Part shown: positions 1 through 12,322 of the stretch, one piece after another
How the letters are laid out: every line of letters begins with the position of its first letter
How positions within the stretch are numbered: position 1 is the first letter of the stretch
From: Eledone cirrhosa
Lineage: Eukaryota
Direction of reading: 5' to 3'
Length of the DNA stretch: 64,000 bases
Assembly (NCBI GenBank): GCA_964016885.1
Contig: OZ024744.1
Coordinates: 66,216,001 to 66,280,000 of the forward strand
Program-made: the position numbers and the translations under genes
Notes under the pieces: model-generated
Seen by the model: the letters and a program-made list of their open reading frames with translations, nothing else
Databases searched by the model: none
Told to the model about the DNA's origin: nothing

Positions 1-548
1 GCCGCATTCCACGCCATGCTGCCCTCAATGAGGTCATTAAACATGGCTTGGATGCTGCAGGCTTCCCTTCCCAGCTCGAGCTGGTGGGGTTAGATCGAGG
101 GGACGGCAAAAGGCGAGATGGCATGACCATCTTCCCGTTCCGTGGTGGCAAACCCCTCGTCTGGGATGCCACTTGCACCGACACTTTCTGCAGCCGCAAC
201 CTGGTGCAGTCTGCGACTGACCCAGGTTCTGCTGCACATTCAGCTGAGGGGGCCAAACTCCTCAAATACCAGTCGCTCTCCGACAGGTTTGCAGTCGAAT
301 CCCTGGCAGTGGAGACTTCTGGTGCCCTCGGCCCCAGGGCTACCTCCTTATTCACCACCATAGGCACTGAGCTCGGCAGCTGCAGGTGTGAGCCCCGCGA
401 GTTGGAGTGGCTTTTCCAGCGCGTCGCCCTTGCCGTCCTCCGGGGAAACGCCTTCTCCATTCTGACCGCCGGGGCTGTGGGTGGGCCCCATCGCGTACCG
501 TTGCAGTTGTTGTATACAGATATTAACTCATCAATCCCATTGTCCTAA
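1..548 (+). mobile_element. 3' end of CRE-clade non-LTR retrotransposon (restriction-like endonuclease domain)
   Basis: Translation RHAALNEVIK..LDAAG.PS.LE..GL.RGDGKR.DG.T..P..GGKPLVWDATC..AE..K..KY..LAVETSGALG..FQRVALAVLRGNA is the typical CRE-type RLE C-terminus. A second fragment lies at about 19990-20130 (EPREMEWLFQ..GSAFSILS). Confidence 0.8.
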
Positions 549-705
549 TATATGTACATATATATATAATATATATTCTCTTTTACTCTTTTACCTGTTA
601 CAGCCATCTGGCTGAGGCCATGCTGGGGCACCGCCTTTTACTGCATATATATATATATATATGAATGATGATGAAATGAAATGATATATCAATATATATA
701 TATAC

Positions 706-737
<32 letters not shown>

Positions 738-1469
738 ATACATATATAGTCACATGCATGCAAATGTATATTAATTCACTTTCTCACCAATTGCTCAGGT
801 TTGCTTCCTGCCAAACTCTCTTTGGGGTCTCAGGATACACAATATTTGTGCATCCATCCCACACAGCCTCAGATATTTCGCAGAGCCATCACCAGTTTTT
901 GTGACATGAAATGGAGACTGCTGCAAGACGTAGCAGATACAAAGTCTAAAAAGAGAACAAGCCTTTCAATGGGTTCTCCAAGTTCGGATTTTCTGTGTGA
1001 AACATACTTATAAATTTAGTTCGTACAAACAGGTCCAGAAGCAATTTCACACATTATTTTTGAACAGACAAATCTTCCTTCAAAGACAATATACAAAACT
1101 GTGTATAAACGTTTGAGACATATGGGAAAGGGAGAACTTTAATACAATGTCTGAGGTCTGTCTTATCCATTCTGAAATACCCAGGAAGCATACTCATAAA
1201 GTTATTCACATGGTCTGAAAGTCTGTTGAATAGAGCCCAAAACCAATCCCTGGATCTCTCTACAAAATCCTGCAGAGAGGTTGTGAAAGAGGATTTTAGG
1301 AAATACCCCAACAGAATACAGATTAAACAAAAGCTAACTGGATTGATAAGACCAAGAGCAGACCAACATTCTTTATCCTTTCATCTAAACTCTCATTTAG
1401 TCTTGAAAAATATGGTTTAGTAAGTGGAAAAATTGTTATGCAATATGTGTGAGTGTGTGCAAATGTTCG

Positions 1470-2490
1470 ATTGTTTATGAGTAAGTCAGGTCAATTGTTA
1501 ATATAATGTAAAGTGTGGAGGAAGAAATAAAAAAAGAAAGGTGCCATACATAGTGCTAGTATGGAAAAATTATGGTGGATGTAGTGCTTCTGTTAGTGAT
1601 GACAGGATAATGTGGGCTGTGGTTTTTGCATAGCGAAAGTAGGTAGCTCTTGAGAGCTCTAGGTAGCTCTTAAAGACCTCATTTTTTAAGTTCAGGTATT
1701 TGTTTGCGACATCAATCCCTGTGAGATCCCGAATTCGTCAGTGATGTAGACAGCACATTTCTTTGATCTGTTAATATATGGTATGGACGTTTCCAGAATA
1801 CTATTGTGTTGGGCATACCTTTGTCTTTTAATTGCCAGACTTGCTTTTCTAGGGCCATGGTGGTCATCATCCCAGGGTGTCTAAAGGTAACTGGTGCAAC
1901 CTTGACCTCATATAGTATGGACTTAATGTTACAGTTCTGTTACAGAGGGTGTTCTTCCTTTATTCAGCAAGAGCATCATAATTCTCCTTTGAGTTTGTTT
2001 GTAGCATTTATTGAACCACAGGAATAATTTATCTTCATAGAGGGCTTACTGAATATATTTTGCTACACATATGGTGTGGGGGGAAATGTTTATCTATCAG
2101 GTCTGAGAACTTCTTACCTACATTGATGTTTAGGAAGTAGGGGGTAAACCAGATTATTTTTCTATTCCTATTTTTAAGCCTGTTGTATGTGGGTGTGTAT
2201 TTAATCTTGTCTTTGAAGTTACTATCTAGAAGGGCCTTGTAGTACAGTACTGCCTTATCAAATATCTCTTTAGTGGATGATAAGTTAAAAATCCTACCAC
2301 TAGGAACTAGATTTAAAAAAACATAAGAGGGGATGGGTGCAGGAACCTCTGTTGATATATCTAAGGTTTTCATTTGGTTTGTGATAGGTTTATAAGAACC
2401 TGTAGCCAAGTCTAAGATTATATCTAGGAAATTGATGTTAGGAAGTTCATATCTACAGAACTGTATTTCTATTTTTTCACATACCAAATC
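1470..2490 (-). mobile_element. Degenerate Penelope-like element (RT thumb plus GIY-YIG region)
   Basis: INFLDIILDLATGSYKP..RIFNLSS.KEIFDKA..Y.KAL.DSNF..RNRKIIWFTPY..NVGKKF.DLIDKHFP, then CSC..PL..NC.IKSILYEVKV with stops. Boundaries approximate. Confidence 0.8.
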
Positions 2491-2860
2491 TTATTTCTCA
2501 AGACTACACAAGAATTGACTATCTCTGATTACGTATTAACATATTTTTCTTGTTATTCCCCCTTTTCATGTGGGATCTCATCCCCAAATCTCATTCAGAT
2601 ATTTTGTCTCACCTCATGATGAAAGGGTGTAGAACATTTTATCTATGTATGCATTATGGGCCGTCATTTACAGCCTGCAGATGTATTTCCGCCTATGTCA
2701 TGAAACCTAAGGTAACATGATAAACATATCGTGTATGAATCGTAATAAATTATCTCTTCTCCATTATATAGAGTGATCTTTTCATTTTCCCTTCATATGA
2801 ACCCTTTTGCTATATCTTTCTATCAATCAATCTCTGTATATATATTTATATCTATCTATA

Positions 2861-2897
<37 letters not shown>

Positions 2898-3223
2898 ATA
2901 TAAATACATATATTGTGTATATATAGAGAGACATGATATAGATGTATGCATACACCCATACTTTCGTGCACACTGATATTTTTATATATTGTGTAATTTA
3001 TAGTATAATAAACACATAAATTTCATTGATATATGGATTTGTGTTTCTTAATGTACAGAGATCAATGTAAGTCATCACTAGTGATAAATATGATTTGTGT
3101 GGTTATATATGGTGTCTCAATTTCTACACACACACACACATATATATGCAATGTTTGTCTGTGCATATGTGTGTTTGAATATGTATATACTTACAAACAC
3201 TACACACAAACACACACATATAT

Positions 3224-3279
<56 letters not shown>

Positions 3280-3435
3280 ATATATATATACATTCATACA
3301 TATACATACATATATACATATATCTATATACATATATATATATATATATATACATATATATACATATATATATATACATATATATATATACATATATATA
3401 CATATATACATATATACATATATATACATATATAC

Positions 3436-3487
<52 letters not shown>

Positions 3488-3802
3488 CAATATATAATAC
3501 ATTATGCCTACGATCAAAGTAAATGGGCAGAGATTTACAGAATATATTGTGGTTCAAATGGGTTAAGTTAAAAGTAAAATATGATGCAGTGAATTAAAGA
3601 CAACAAAAAAAATGGTATATGAAATATTAAACATGAACGTCACTTAGCTGAGTGGGTAGCTATTTACATATCTATATAAATGTATGTATATAAGTATGTA
3701 TGTACATATATATATATATATACACACATACACATAAATATATATAAATAGAGAGGGAGATAGATAGATAAACAGATAAATAAATAAATATATATATATA
3801 TG

Positions 3803-3966
3803 TATAGTAAAATTCTGTTATAACTAAATTCATGGGGTATAAAAAAAATTTGTTGTAATGAAAAATTCTTTATAATGAGATTGACCAAATCACATCGAGC
3901 TTCTGGCTGGGGATTAAAAAAGATTTGTTATACTGAAAAATTTGTTATAATGGTATTTTACCTGTA
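3803..3966. mobile_element. Tigger/pogo-like MITE remnant
   Basis: Imperfect inverted ends TATAGTAAAATTCTGTTATAAC / GTTATAATGGTATTTTACCTGTA in a TA context. Confidence 0.5.
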
Positions 3967-3995
3967 TATATATATATATCATGATCATCATGATC

Positions 3996-4315
3996 ATCAT
4001 CATTTTACGTCCTCTTGCAAGGGTGGGACGGGAACTGATTCTGGCTTGATTTCTACAGCTGGATGCCCTTCCTAACACCAACCTCATTTACAGTGAGTGC
4101 TGGGTGCTTTTTTTCCGTGGTGCTTCCACGACCATTTTGCAGTGGAATGATATGGACCCCAGTCCCTATCATCTCATTTCTACAGCTGAGTAAACTCGAG
4201 CAATGTGAAATAAAGTGTCTTGCTCAAGGAAACAACACATTACCCGGTCTGAGAATTGAACTCACAACCTTTCGATTGCAAGGCCAATGCTCTAACCACT
4301 AAGCCATGTGCCTCC
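3996..4315 (-). mobile_element. tRNA-derived SINE family A (RTE-type 3' tail, (GAT)n end)
   Basis: Head GGAGGCACATGGCTTAGTGGTTAGAGC (A box) ..GAGTTCAATTC (B box), central CCTTGAGCAAGACACTT, tail GGACGTAAAATGATGATG. Other copies at 14050-14374(-), 29105-29390(-), 33955-34337(+), 41035-41315(-) and 57974-58351(+); head only at about 23420-23550. Confidence 0.85.
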
Positions 4316-4583
4316 ATTTATATATATATTTATATATATATATATATATGTAAAAGGTAAACAGAAATAACACAATTGGTGCAGTATATGGAAGGAATAT
4401 ATTAAGTTAACACTTGAAATAGCAGGAAGAGGGTCTTAACGTTTCAGAAGAAAGAATGAGAAATAAGAAAGATTGAAGGGATGGGTGGGTTGGAGATGGC
4501 TGAGAAGAAGAAGGTGGTCTAAAAGATTGTAGTAGAGGAAAAGTGATAGAGAATCGTGGTATATTTAAATGCAAGAAGCAAAT

Positions 4584-4611
4584 AAAATTTCAGTGATATT
4601 TATATATATAC

Positions 4612-4669
<58 letters not shown>

Positions 4670-4697
4670 GTATATATATAAATATCACTGAAATTTT
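4584..4697. repeat. Perfect palindrome centred on (TA)n
   Basis: AAAATTTCAGTGATATTTATATATATACAGG-(TA)n-CCTGTATATATATAAATATCACTGAAATTTT. Confidence 0.85.
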
Positions 4698-4698
4698 C

Positions 4699-4768
<70 letters not shown>

Positions 4769-5253
4769 CATTCTTATCGTAAAACTTTAGTCACCTTAGA
4801 TATTTGTATTGGGATTACTATTTTATAACAGCAACTGCTTGTATACCCTTTACTGACCACCTGACCTATTTTCACCCCTAAAATAAGCTTCAATTACTAC
4901 TATTTTACCATTTGCCCAATTATTAACTTTCTATTGGTTAATTCTAAACTTCTTACCAAACAGACAGAATATATTAGATCTTTGTTGGTTTTATTCAATG
5001 AACAAATAAAATTATTTCTAAGGTCAGCATACGACCTATTTCTCCCCTAAAATAATCCTTCATTCATAATATTCTTTTCCATCCAGAACTGAAATCTACC
5101 TTCCTCTACCCATAATTTAAGGTTCTTCTACTACTATATTACTATCTTGACCCTCACTATCTCTCTATTGGTCAATTCAAAACCTGTTCCCAAACAGACC
5201 TATTGTATTGAATCTTTGTTTTTTTCAATAAACAAATATCATTATTTCTGAAG

Positions 5254-5434
5254 GGTGGATTGGCAGTATCGGTAGAGGGTTTGACGCCATGCTTTCCAGC
5301 ATAGTTACGTCCCTTTACGATCTGAGTTCAAATCCCGCCGAGGTTTACTTTGCCTTTCATCCTTACGGGGTCGATAAAATAAAGTACCAGTAATGCACTG
5401 GATAATTGCTGGCCTTGTGCCTAAAGTAGAAACA
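5254..5434 (+). mobile_element. SINE family B (Nin/Deu-domain-like) with 13-bp TSD
   Basis: GGATTGGCAGTATCGGTAGAG..GAGTTCAAATCCCGCC..TTTGCCTTTCATCCTTACGGGGTCGATAAAATAAAGTACCAG..AGTAGAAACA. TSD ATTATTTCTGAAG at 5241-5253 and 5435-5447. Other copies at about 7835-8082 (inverted pair), 17101-17342, 19700-19910, 21205-21405, 22754-22938, 47165-47288, 50900-51082, 54683-54870 and 60655-61015. Confidence 0.85.
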
Positions 5435-5574
5435 ATTATTTCTGAAGACAGCATATATATGTGTAGGTATGTATATTCCCTCTGATAGTTTGTATAAATA
5501 CTGTACATAGATCTATAGAATATGCATACCAATTCTATCACATATATATCCTAGAAACGATCGTAAAATGATGA
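5435..5574 (+). ncRNA. Type I hammerhead ribozyme motif with very long stem II
   Basis: Stem I ATTATTT/AAATGAT; core CTGAAGA 5442-5448; 105-nt foldback stem II; GAAA 5554-5557; palindromic stem III ACGATCGT; GUA cleavage triplet. Confidence 0.75.
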
Positions 5575-5788
5575 ATTTTTTTAATATAAGGAACTGTTTC
5601 TTTGTTTATTCATTATTTTATTAATTTATCTTGACTCTGTTTTCCGTTTATTTTTCACCGAAAGTAGTTTTTGAATACATCTTCTCTTTTCATGATATCC
5701 GGATTACATTGAGTTCTTCATACGGATTGGACACTACCGTAAACTTTTGGTGGATTTATCTACATATATATATATATATATATATATA

Positions 5789-5819
<31 letters not shown>

Positions 5820-5820
5820 T

Positions 5821-7822
5821 CAAGGTAATGAGGTTACCAACTATAGACCTATCACATGTCTGTCCGTAATGTGGAAACTGTTAACAAGCATTGTGTCTGA
5901 GGAAATCTACCATCACTTCCACATAAACAACTTGTTACCGGACGAACAGAAAGGATGCCGAAAGAAGTCCCGTGGTACAAAAGACCAATTACTTATTGAT
6001 AAGATGGTAATGAGGAATTGAAAAGGAGGCATATTGGTCTTGCCATGGGATGGACAGATTACAAAAAGGCATTTGTTATGGTACCTCATTCTTGGATAAC
6101 CAAAAGCCTGGAGATCTTCAAGGTGGCAGACAACATCAGACAGCCATTAAGTAAAATATGAAGTCCTGGGAAACAGAGCTAATATCAGGTGGAGAATCCT
6201 TGGGAGGTGTGAAGATCAAGAAAGGTATCTTCCAGGGAGATAGTTTGTCCCCCTTTGCTGTTTGTCCTTACCCTCATACCCTTGTCCCTCATGTGAGAGC
6301 AGGATACAAGCTGGGAAGAGGAGAGCTTACCATCAACCACCTCCTCTTCATGGATGGTCTTAAACTCTTTGGGAAGAGTGAGAAGGAGTTGGATGTACTT
6401 GTTGACACTTGCTGCATTTTCAGCAATGATATATGTATGGAATTTGGTATTAATAAGTGTGGAGTCCTAGTGATAAAGTGGGATAAATTGAGTAAAAGCA
6501 ACGGAATCCAGGTACAAACAGGTGAGATGATAAAGGAAATTGATACTGAAGAAGGATATAAATATTTAGGTGATCTGGAGGTAGATGACATCAAGAACAA
6601 TAAAATGAAGGAATTGATAAGATCTGAATACATAAGGAGAGAAAGGAACATCTAAATAGTAGGAATGTCATAAATGCAGTAAATTCCCGAGCTGTGTCTA
6701 TTATTAAGTACAGTGCGGGAATTTTGAAATGGAATGTTACTGAACAAAAAGAAATGGATAGGAAGACTAGGAAGCTAATGACTATCTACAACATGTTTCC
6801 ACGAGGTGTTATAGACTCTACTTAAAAAGATTTGAAGGTGGAAGAGGTCTTATCAGCATAGAGGACTGTGTTCAGATGGAGAAAAACAACCTGCACAAGT
6901 ATGTGACTAACAGTAGGAAGCCAATGCTCAAAATTGTACTGAAGAGGAAGACAATAGACAAGGGGATATCCAAGGAGGAAATAACAACAAGGAGGAAGAA
7001 CAAATTCATGAAAAATCCCTTCATAACACCTTCTTTAAGAAAACAGAATTCAGAGATCCACAGACGATGGAACTAGTTAAAAAGAGGAGACCGTAAAAAG
7101 CTACAAAAGGAATGCTAATGGCTGCAAAAGAGCAGGCCCTCAGAACGAAGTGGGGGAAAACACCATATTTACAAGGAGGAGGCTAGCTCACTGTGTAGTA
7201 TCTGTGGAGAGAGAGAGGGAGGAGACTGTAAATGCATAGCTCAGACCCACTATAAAGGTGGTGACATGATGTGATGGGCAGGGTGATCCACTGGCACCTA
7301 TGCAAAGTAAACAATTTACCACATTCTGAGAAGTGGTATGAGCATAAGGCAGAGTCAGTGATAGAAAACGATCAGGTGAAGGTGCTATGGGATTTTAGGA
7401 TACAGATGGACAAGAAACTGGAACACAATAGACCTGACCTGGTGGTTTTGGACAAGGAAGAAAGATTGTGCCTGATTGTAGATGTTGCCTGCCCATTTGA
7501 CACAAGAGTGCAAGAAAACGAGAGGGAGAAAATTAACCGATACTAGGACTTAAAGTGGGAGTTAAAAGGATTTGGAACTGTCATGAAATCAAGGTTGTCC
7601 TGATTGTCATAGGAGCACTAGGTACTATCTCAAGGAGTTTCCAAGGATGGTTAAAGAAGATTAGTCCAGACCCGCTTTTTGGAACACTTCAAAAGGCATG
7701 CTTGCTGGGAACAGCAAGAACCCTCTGATACGTCCTGAATATCTGAGGCTGCAGGTAGTGGCTTGATATTCATTTCAACAAACTTTCCAGTTAACTAACA
7801 TCAATGACTGAGACTCAAAGAA
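5821..7822 (+). mobile_element. 5'-truncated, frameshifted Dong/R4-clade LINE inserted in (TAA)n
   Basis: RT motifs YRPITCL, DYKKAF, GIFQGDSLSP, HLLFMDGLKLF, YKYLG; Zn knuckle CSIC; RLE PDLVVLDK..IVDVACP..EK..RY; ends YVLNI*. Flanked by (TAA)n at about 5793-5820 and 7823-7834, the known Dong target. Confidence 0.9.
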
Positions 7823-8821
7823 CAATAATAATAATTAGTTTCTACTTTTGGCACAAGGCCAGCAATTACCCAGTACATTACTGGTACTTTATTTTATCGA
7901 CCTCATAAGGATGAAAGGCAAAGTTAACCTCGAGGAGATTTGAACTCATAGTTACGTCTTTTTACGGTCTGAGTTCAAATCCCGTCGAAGTTCACTTTGC
8001 CTTTCCTCCTTACGGGGTCGATAAAATAAAGTACCAGTAATGTACTGGGTAATTGCTGGCCTTGTACCAAAAGTAGAAACAATTAATAATAAGAATAATA
8101 ATATCTTCAAGTGTATATATATATACAATTGAAGATAAACAAAAGGAGATAAATCAGTGATACAATAACACACAAGGTCTTATTAGTTTCATGCTTAATG
8201 GAAAGGTGAATGTTTGTTTCAATGAATTGGATGTAAATTCTTCATAGGAAAGAGAAAGGTTTTGAGAAAGAGGAAGATGGAAAGTTGAGACAAAAAATGT
8301 TTGAGAGAGAAAAAAGGTTTTTATGTATGTATGTGTGTATGTATGTGTTCATGTGTGTGCGTGTATATATACACACATATATCGAGAGAGATATACATAT
8401 TTATTTATATACACAGACCCAACCCCCCACGGGTACAAGGCAAAGCTGAAGCATATAGACAATATGCCCCCACACCCTCCCACTGCAAAGTGGTCCTGGA
8501 GGTGCCACGGCAAAAAAGCACCCAGCCCACACTGTAAAGTGGACATGTAGGCGCCACGGAAAAAAAAGCACCCAGCACTCTCTGTATGTGAGGTTGGTGT
8601 TAGGAAAGGCATCCAGCTGTAGAAATCAAGCCAGAATCAGTTCCTGTATGAGCAAGATAAGGTCAGCCAACCAGACACTGCCCACAACAGGTCAACACAT
8701 CTAACCCATGCTAGCGTGGAAGAACGGACGTAAAACGGTGATGATGATGATGATATATACACACACACACACATATATATATATTTACATATATGTATAT
8801 GCATATTATACATATTATATA

Positions 8822-10116
8822 CAGGGTGCGGACGATATTTGTTCGCAAGATTACTGTCTATGAAAAAATAACACACTAGTCTTATTTTTTAAGATATATT
8901 TATCAAACTTGGGTCAGTTTGTCTTCATGACTTGTTCTTTCGATCTCACTCGATAAACCCGCCATTGGCTTTGATGACGGCCTCAAGGTGGCCTCGGAAC
9001 CGGCTACAGGCCTTCGTCACTGTCCCCCGACTTAGGCCCCTAAAGGCACTTCAGATCCTGGCCTTCAGATCGTCTTTCATATTGCAGCTAGATCTGTTGG
9101 TGTCTCATTCCACTGCACCTCACACAAAGAAGTCGAGGGGGTTGCAGTCAGGCGAGCTGGGAGGCCAGATGTCTGGTGAAGTGTGGTCGACGAAGTTCTC
9201 TGACAGCCAGGCTTGAGTTTTTCGGCTGGTATGGCAGGGTGCTGAGTTTTGTTGCTACACGTATGGCCTACCTGCAGCTACCCGGTCGATCCAGGGCTTT
9301 ACTACCTCGCTCAGAACACGGATATAGCCATCGGTGTTCAGCTTGAGGCCCTCAGGGAAGAAGTGAGGTGGCATGACGTCACCTTGACGACACCTAAGAC
9401 CAATGTTGTCGCTGGAAACTTTGTCTGCATGACTCTGGGCACATCTTTGGATGAGACAGCGAGCCACCTGTTGTTCTGGGAGTTGATCTTCTGGTCTTGG
9501 TAGAAGTTTTTCTCGTTGGAGAAAAACCTCAGCATGTCTGGCTCCAGTGAGTGTTTCAACTTGTTGATCAACTTCTTTGCGTGCTTCAGTCACTTTTCTT
9601 GCATCACCTTTGACAGAAATTGTCCTTTCCTTATCTTGTATGAAACGTAGCGAATGTCTTCATGTACCACTAGCCTAATGAGCTTTTTATCCACGCCTTT
9701 CCCCTTGAAATGGCATGCATCGACTTGCTAGGTTCATTGTTGATGATATCCTGAACTTCAGCAACGAACTCGGGCATTCTGAAGGTGTCAGATCGTCGAT
9801 CATGTGTTTTCCTCTCTGATGTTGCTTCGTAGTTGAATCCTGAATCTTCTAGTTCCTTTCTGACCTTTTCCACCATTCTCCTGCTGACGCTGAGAAAGTC
9901 TGAAATTTCCTTATTTGTCCCCCCGGCGCGGATTCCAAGAAGAACTCCGTGTCTCTTCCACAAATTTGGAGGTTCAAAATTATTCATAATCAATTATTCT
10001 GAAAATAAATAATGGAAATATAGTCACTGTTTTTATGAAGACAAGAGTGACAACGGAAGTAAAATAATTTGCATAAAATTAGCAGCTGAAAATTGCGAAC
10101 AAATATTGTCCACACC

Positions 10117-10119
<3 letters not shown>
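8822..10119 (-). mobile_element. Full-length inactive Tc1/mariner-superfamily transposon, DD37D (maT) type
   Basis: TIRs CAGGGTGCGGACGATATTTGTTCGCAA / TTGCGAACAAATATTGTCCACACCCTG with TA flanks. Transposase FFS(N)EK..QQ(N)SAPCH..WPPSSPDCNPLD has 37 residues between the 2nd and 3rd catalytic positions; frameshifts and stops present. Confidence 0.92.
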
Positions 10120-10172
<53 letters not shown>

Positions 10173-10189
10173 GTATATATATATATACA

Positions 10190-11530
10190 CTGAATCTCAG
10201 GGATCAGATGCAGTATGTTAGAGAGGAGAGAGGAGATTGCGTTAGTATGGTCATGTGATGCGTAGGAAGGAGGACATGTATAAAAAGGTGTAAGCCGATC
10301 AAAGTTGACGGAAGCTATGGTGGAAGAAGACCTGAGATGAGGTGATAAAAGCTGAGCTTGCCCAATTACACTTCTCAAAAACAATGACACAAGATCGAGA
10401 TCTTTGGTGTTATGCTGTAATACAGAAGACTTGCCTTTCCATATGTACAGACTGAAACATACATCTAGTTGGCACCTCTTTAACCACTATACCCCCCTTC
10501 CATACACATCCCATGCCCCACCCACCTACTTCTGTCCACACCACCCTTACACTGTAATGTAGTTGTGTAGGTGTCACAATAAAAAGCACGCAGCTCATAC
10601 AGTAAAGTATGGCTGTTTCATTTCTCTTCAGCCTACACATGTTCTCTGCAGTCACTACCCATGTTTTGCTACCATGCAGCATCAGACTTTGAATGCAGGC
10701 GTCCTTTTGTTTGTAGGGAGAAACCTTTTGTTGTTAACACAGAGAGTAATTCTCTAAACTCCTCCCATCCTTTCCTTATTTTAGCTGCTATGTTTCTGGA
10801 GCAACCTCTTTCACTTCCAGAAAACAGGAGCCATCAACCCGCATGTGATTGGAAAAGGTCACTTTTCCTATTGATTACCCCTGTGTATTTTCTACACATA
10901 AAGTCTTCCCTTCCTGTTAGTCTGCCTACTATCCCACTAAGCTTCCTGTGTCCTAAGATTTGCATTGCACACAGTGCATAGAGTTTCTACTTACCCCTTT
11001 TCTTCATATTGAACAAGGCCACTTCCCTGAGGGAATCAGGGTCCTATCTTACTAGTACTTTAGTTTTTTTCTAAGTTTACTTTTAACCTGCTTGATACAA
11101 ATTGTATTTTGATAGTTGGAACATATTCGTTAGTTCTTTTATGGATCCAAATATAAGAATCTGATCATCTATAAGAATATGATCAGATTCTACACAAAGA
11201 AGTTCCTATGGACAACAAGTCACAAATTCCTTTGTTATGACCTGGAGAAATATAATAAACAGAAATGGGCTGTATCTGTATCTGTACCTAGCTTGCACTG
11301 CTTTCACAAGCCATTCTTCTACACCTAATTTCCCTAAGGACCATCAGATAATAGATCAAGGTTCTCTGTTAAAAACCTTTTCTCCATAAACAAAAGCTAA
11401 ATATAGCAGCTTATTCTTGGCAAGGAACTTCTATTGAAGTTGTCTCACTTGAAAAGGGCATCTATAGTACTTCTCCTCAACACAAAACAAAACTGCATCT
11501 TGTCTAATTTGACTCTTTCCCTAATTAGCT
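10190..11530. mobile_element. Old rearranged RTE LINE fragments (+ 3' piece about 10190-10560; - RT piece about 10575-11530)
   Basis: MLHGSKTW..ENMCRLKRNE and further decayed homology to the RTE copies at 24-26 kb and 42-44 kb. Confidence 0.7.
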
Positions 11531-12116
11531 ATACTTCATCAACTGAATAATATCATTATCATCATCATTGTTTAACGTCTATCTTCCACACTAGCATGGG
11601 TTAGACGGGTTTGTCTCATTTGAGGCAAGTTTGATCAGGTGACTGTGTCTTGCTCATGTAGGACTGTTTCTGACTGGTTTTCTATGGCTGGATGCCCTTC
11701 CAACCACATTTACAGTGTGTGCTGGGTGCTTTTTGCTGTGTCTCCTACATGACCACTTTACAGTGTGGACTGGTTGCTTTTTGTTGTGACACCTACACAA
11801 CCACTTTACAGTGTAAGGGTGATGTGGGCGGAAGTCGCAGGGAGGTGTAGGAGGTGTGTGGTGTGTGTGAGAGAGGGAGGTGTAGGGTGTGTGTGGTGTG
11901 TGTGAGAGAGAGTGTTGTAGTTTGCTTGAAGCATTCTAGAATATGAAAATTGGGTGTGTTTAGGAAACCACTTCAATACGGATGGGGTTGTAAATATTCA
12001 AGCAACGAACTCAGATGAAGAAAGGGAGAAGTTGAGGGTGAAAAGAAAAAGGAAGAGAAAGGGAAAAATAAAGAACCCAAGATAATGTTACCTTGGAAAT
12101 ATTTACTGGTTAAAAC

Positions 12117-12209
12117 AAAAATGGAACGCTTCACAAATTTGCATGCCATCCTTGTGCAGGGGCCATGCTAATCATCTCTGTATTGTACCAATTTTAAAAT
12201 AAGTACTGC
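12117..12209 (-). pseudogene. U6: U6 snRNA pseudogene (5' hairpin missing)
   Basis: Reverse complement reads GCAGTACTTATTTTAAAATTGGTACAATACAGAGATGATTAGCATGGCCCCTGCACAAGGATGGCATGCAAATTTGTGAAGCGTTCCATTTTT, with the ACAGAGA box, AGC triad, ISL and oligo-U end. Several CpG-decay changes. Confidence 0.93.
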
Positions 12210-12322
12210 TGTAACATTATGTCTGGTTCTTTCTTTTATCTCTTTTCTTTCCATTCTCCACCCAACCTTACGTCTCTGTTTCTTCAACCAAGTCTGTTGT
12301 CTGAATATTTACAACCACAATA

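Noticed and set aside
1960-1985. In-frame TGA codons beside Cys motif of PLE (selenoprotein-type Naiad?)
   Set aside because: The TGAs flank rather than replace the Cys codons (TGA TGC TCT TGC TGA) and fit CGA decay. A TAA is also in frame, and the other two PLEs show no TGA at these Cys positions.
2610-2722. GAAACCTAAGGTA, a stem III-like half hammerhead
   Set aside because: No matching CUGANGA core with a pairing stem I was found.
2773-3557. YI/HT/CV-rich ORFs here and throughout the window
   Set aside because: Translations of (TA)n, (CA)n and (GA)n microsatellites.
4245-4315. tRNA gene
   Set aside because: A/B boxes belong to a SINE head, with no proper acceptor stem, and are repeated with the SINE body.
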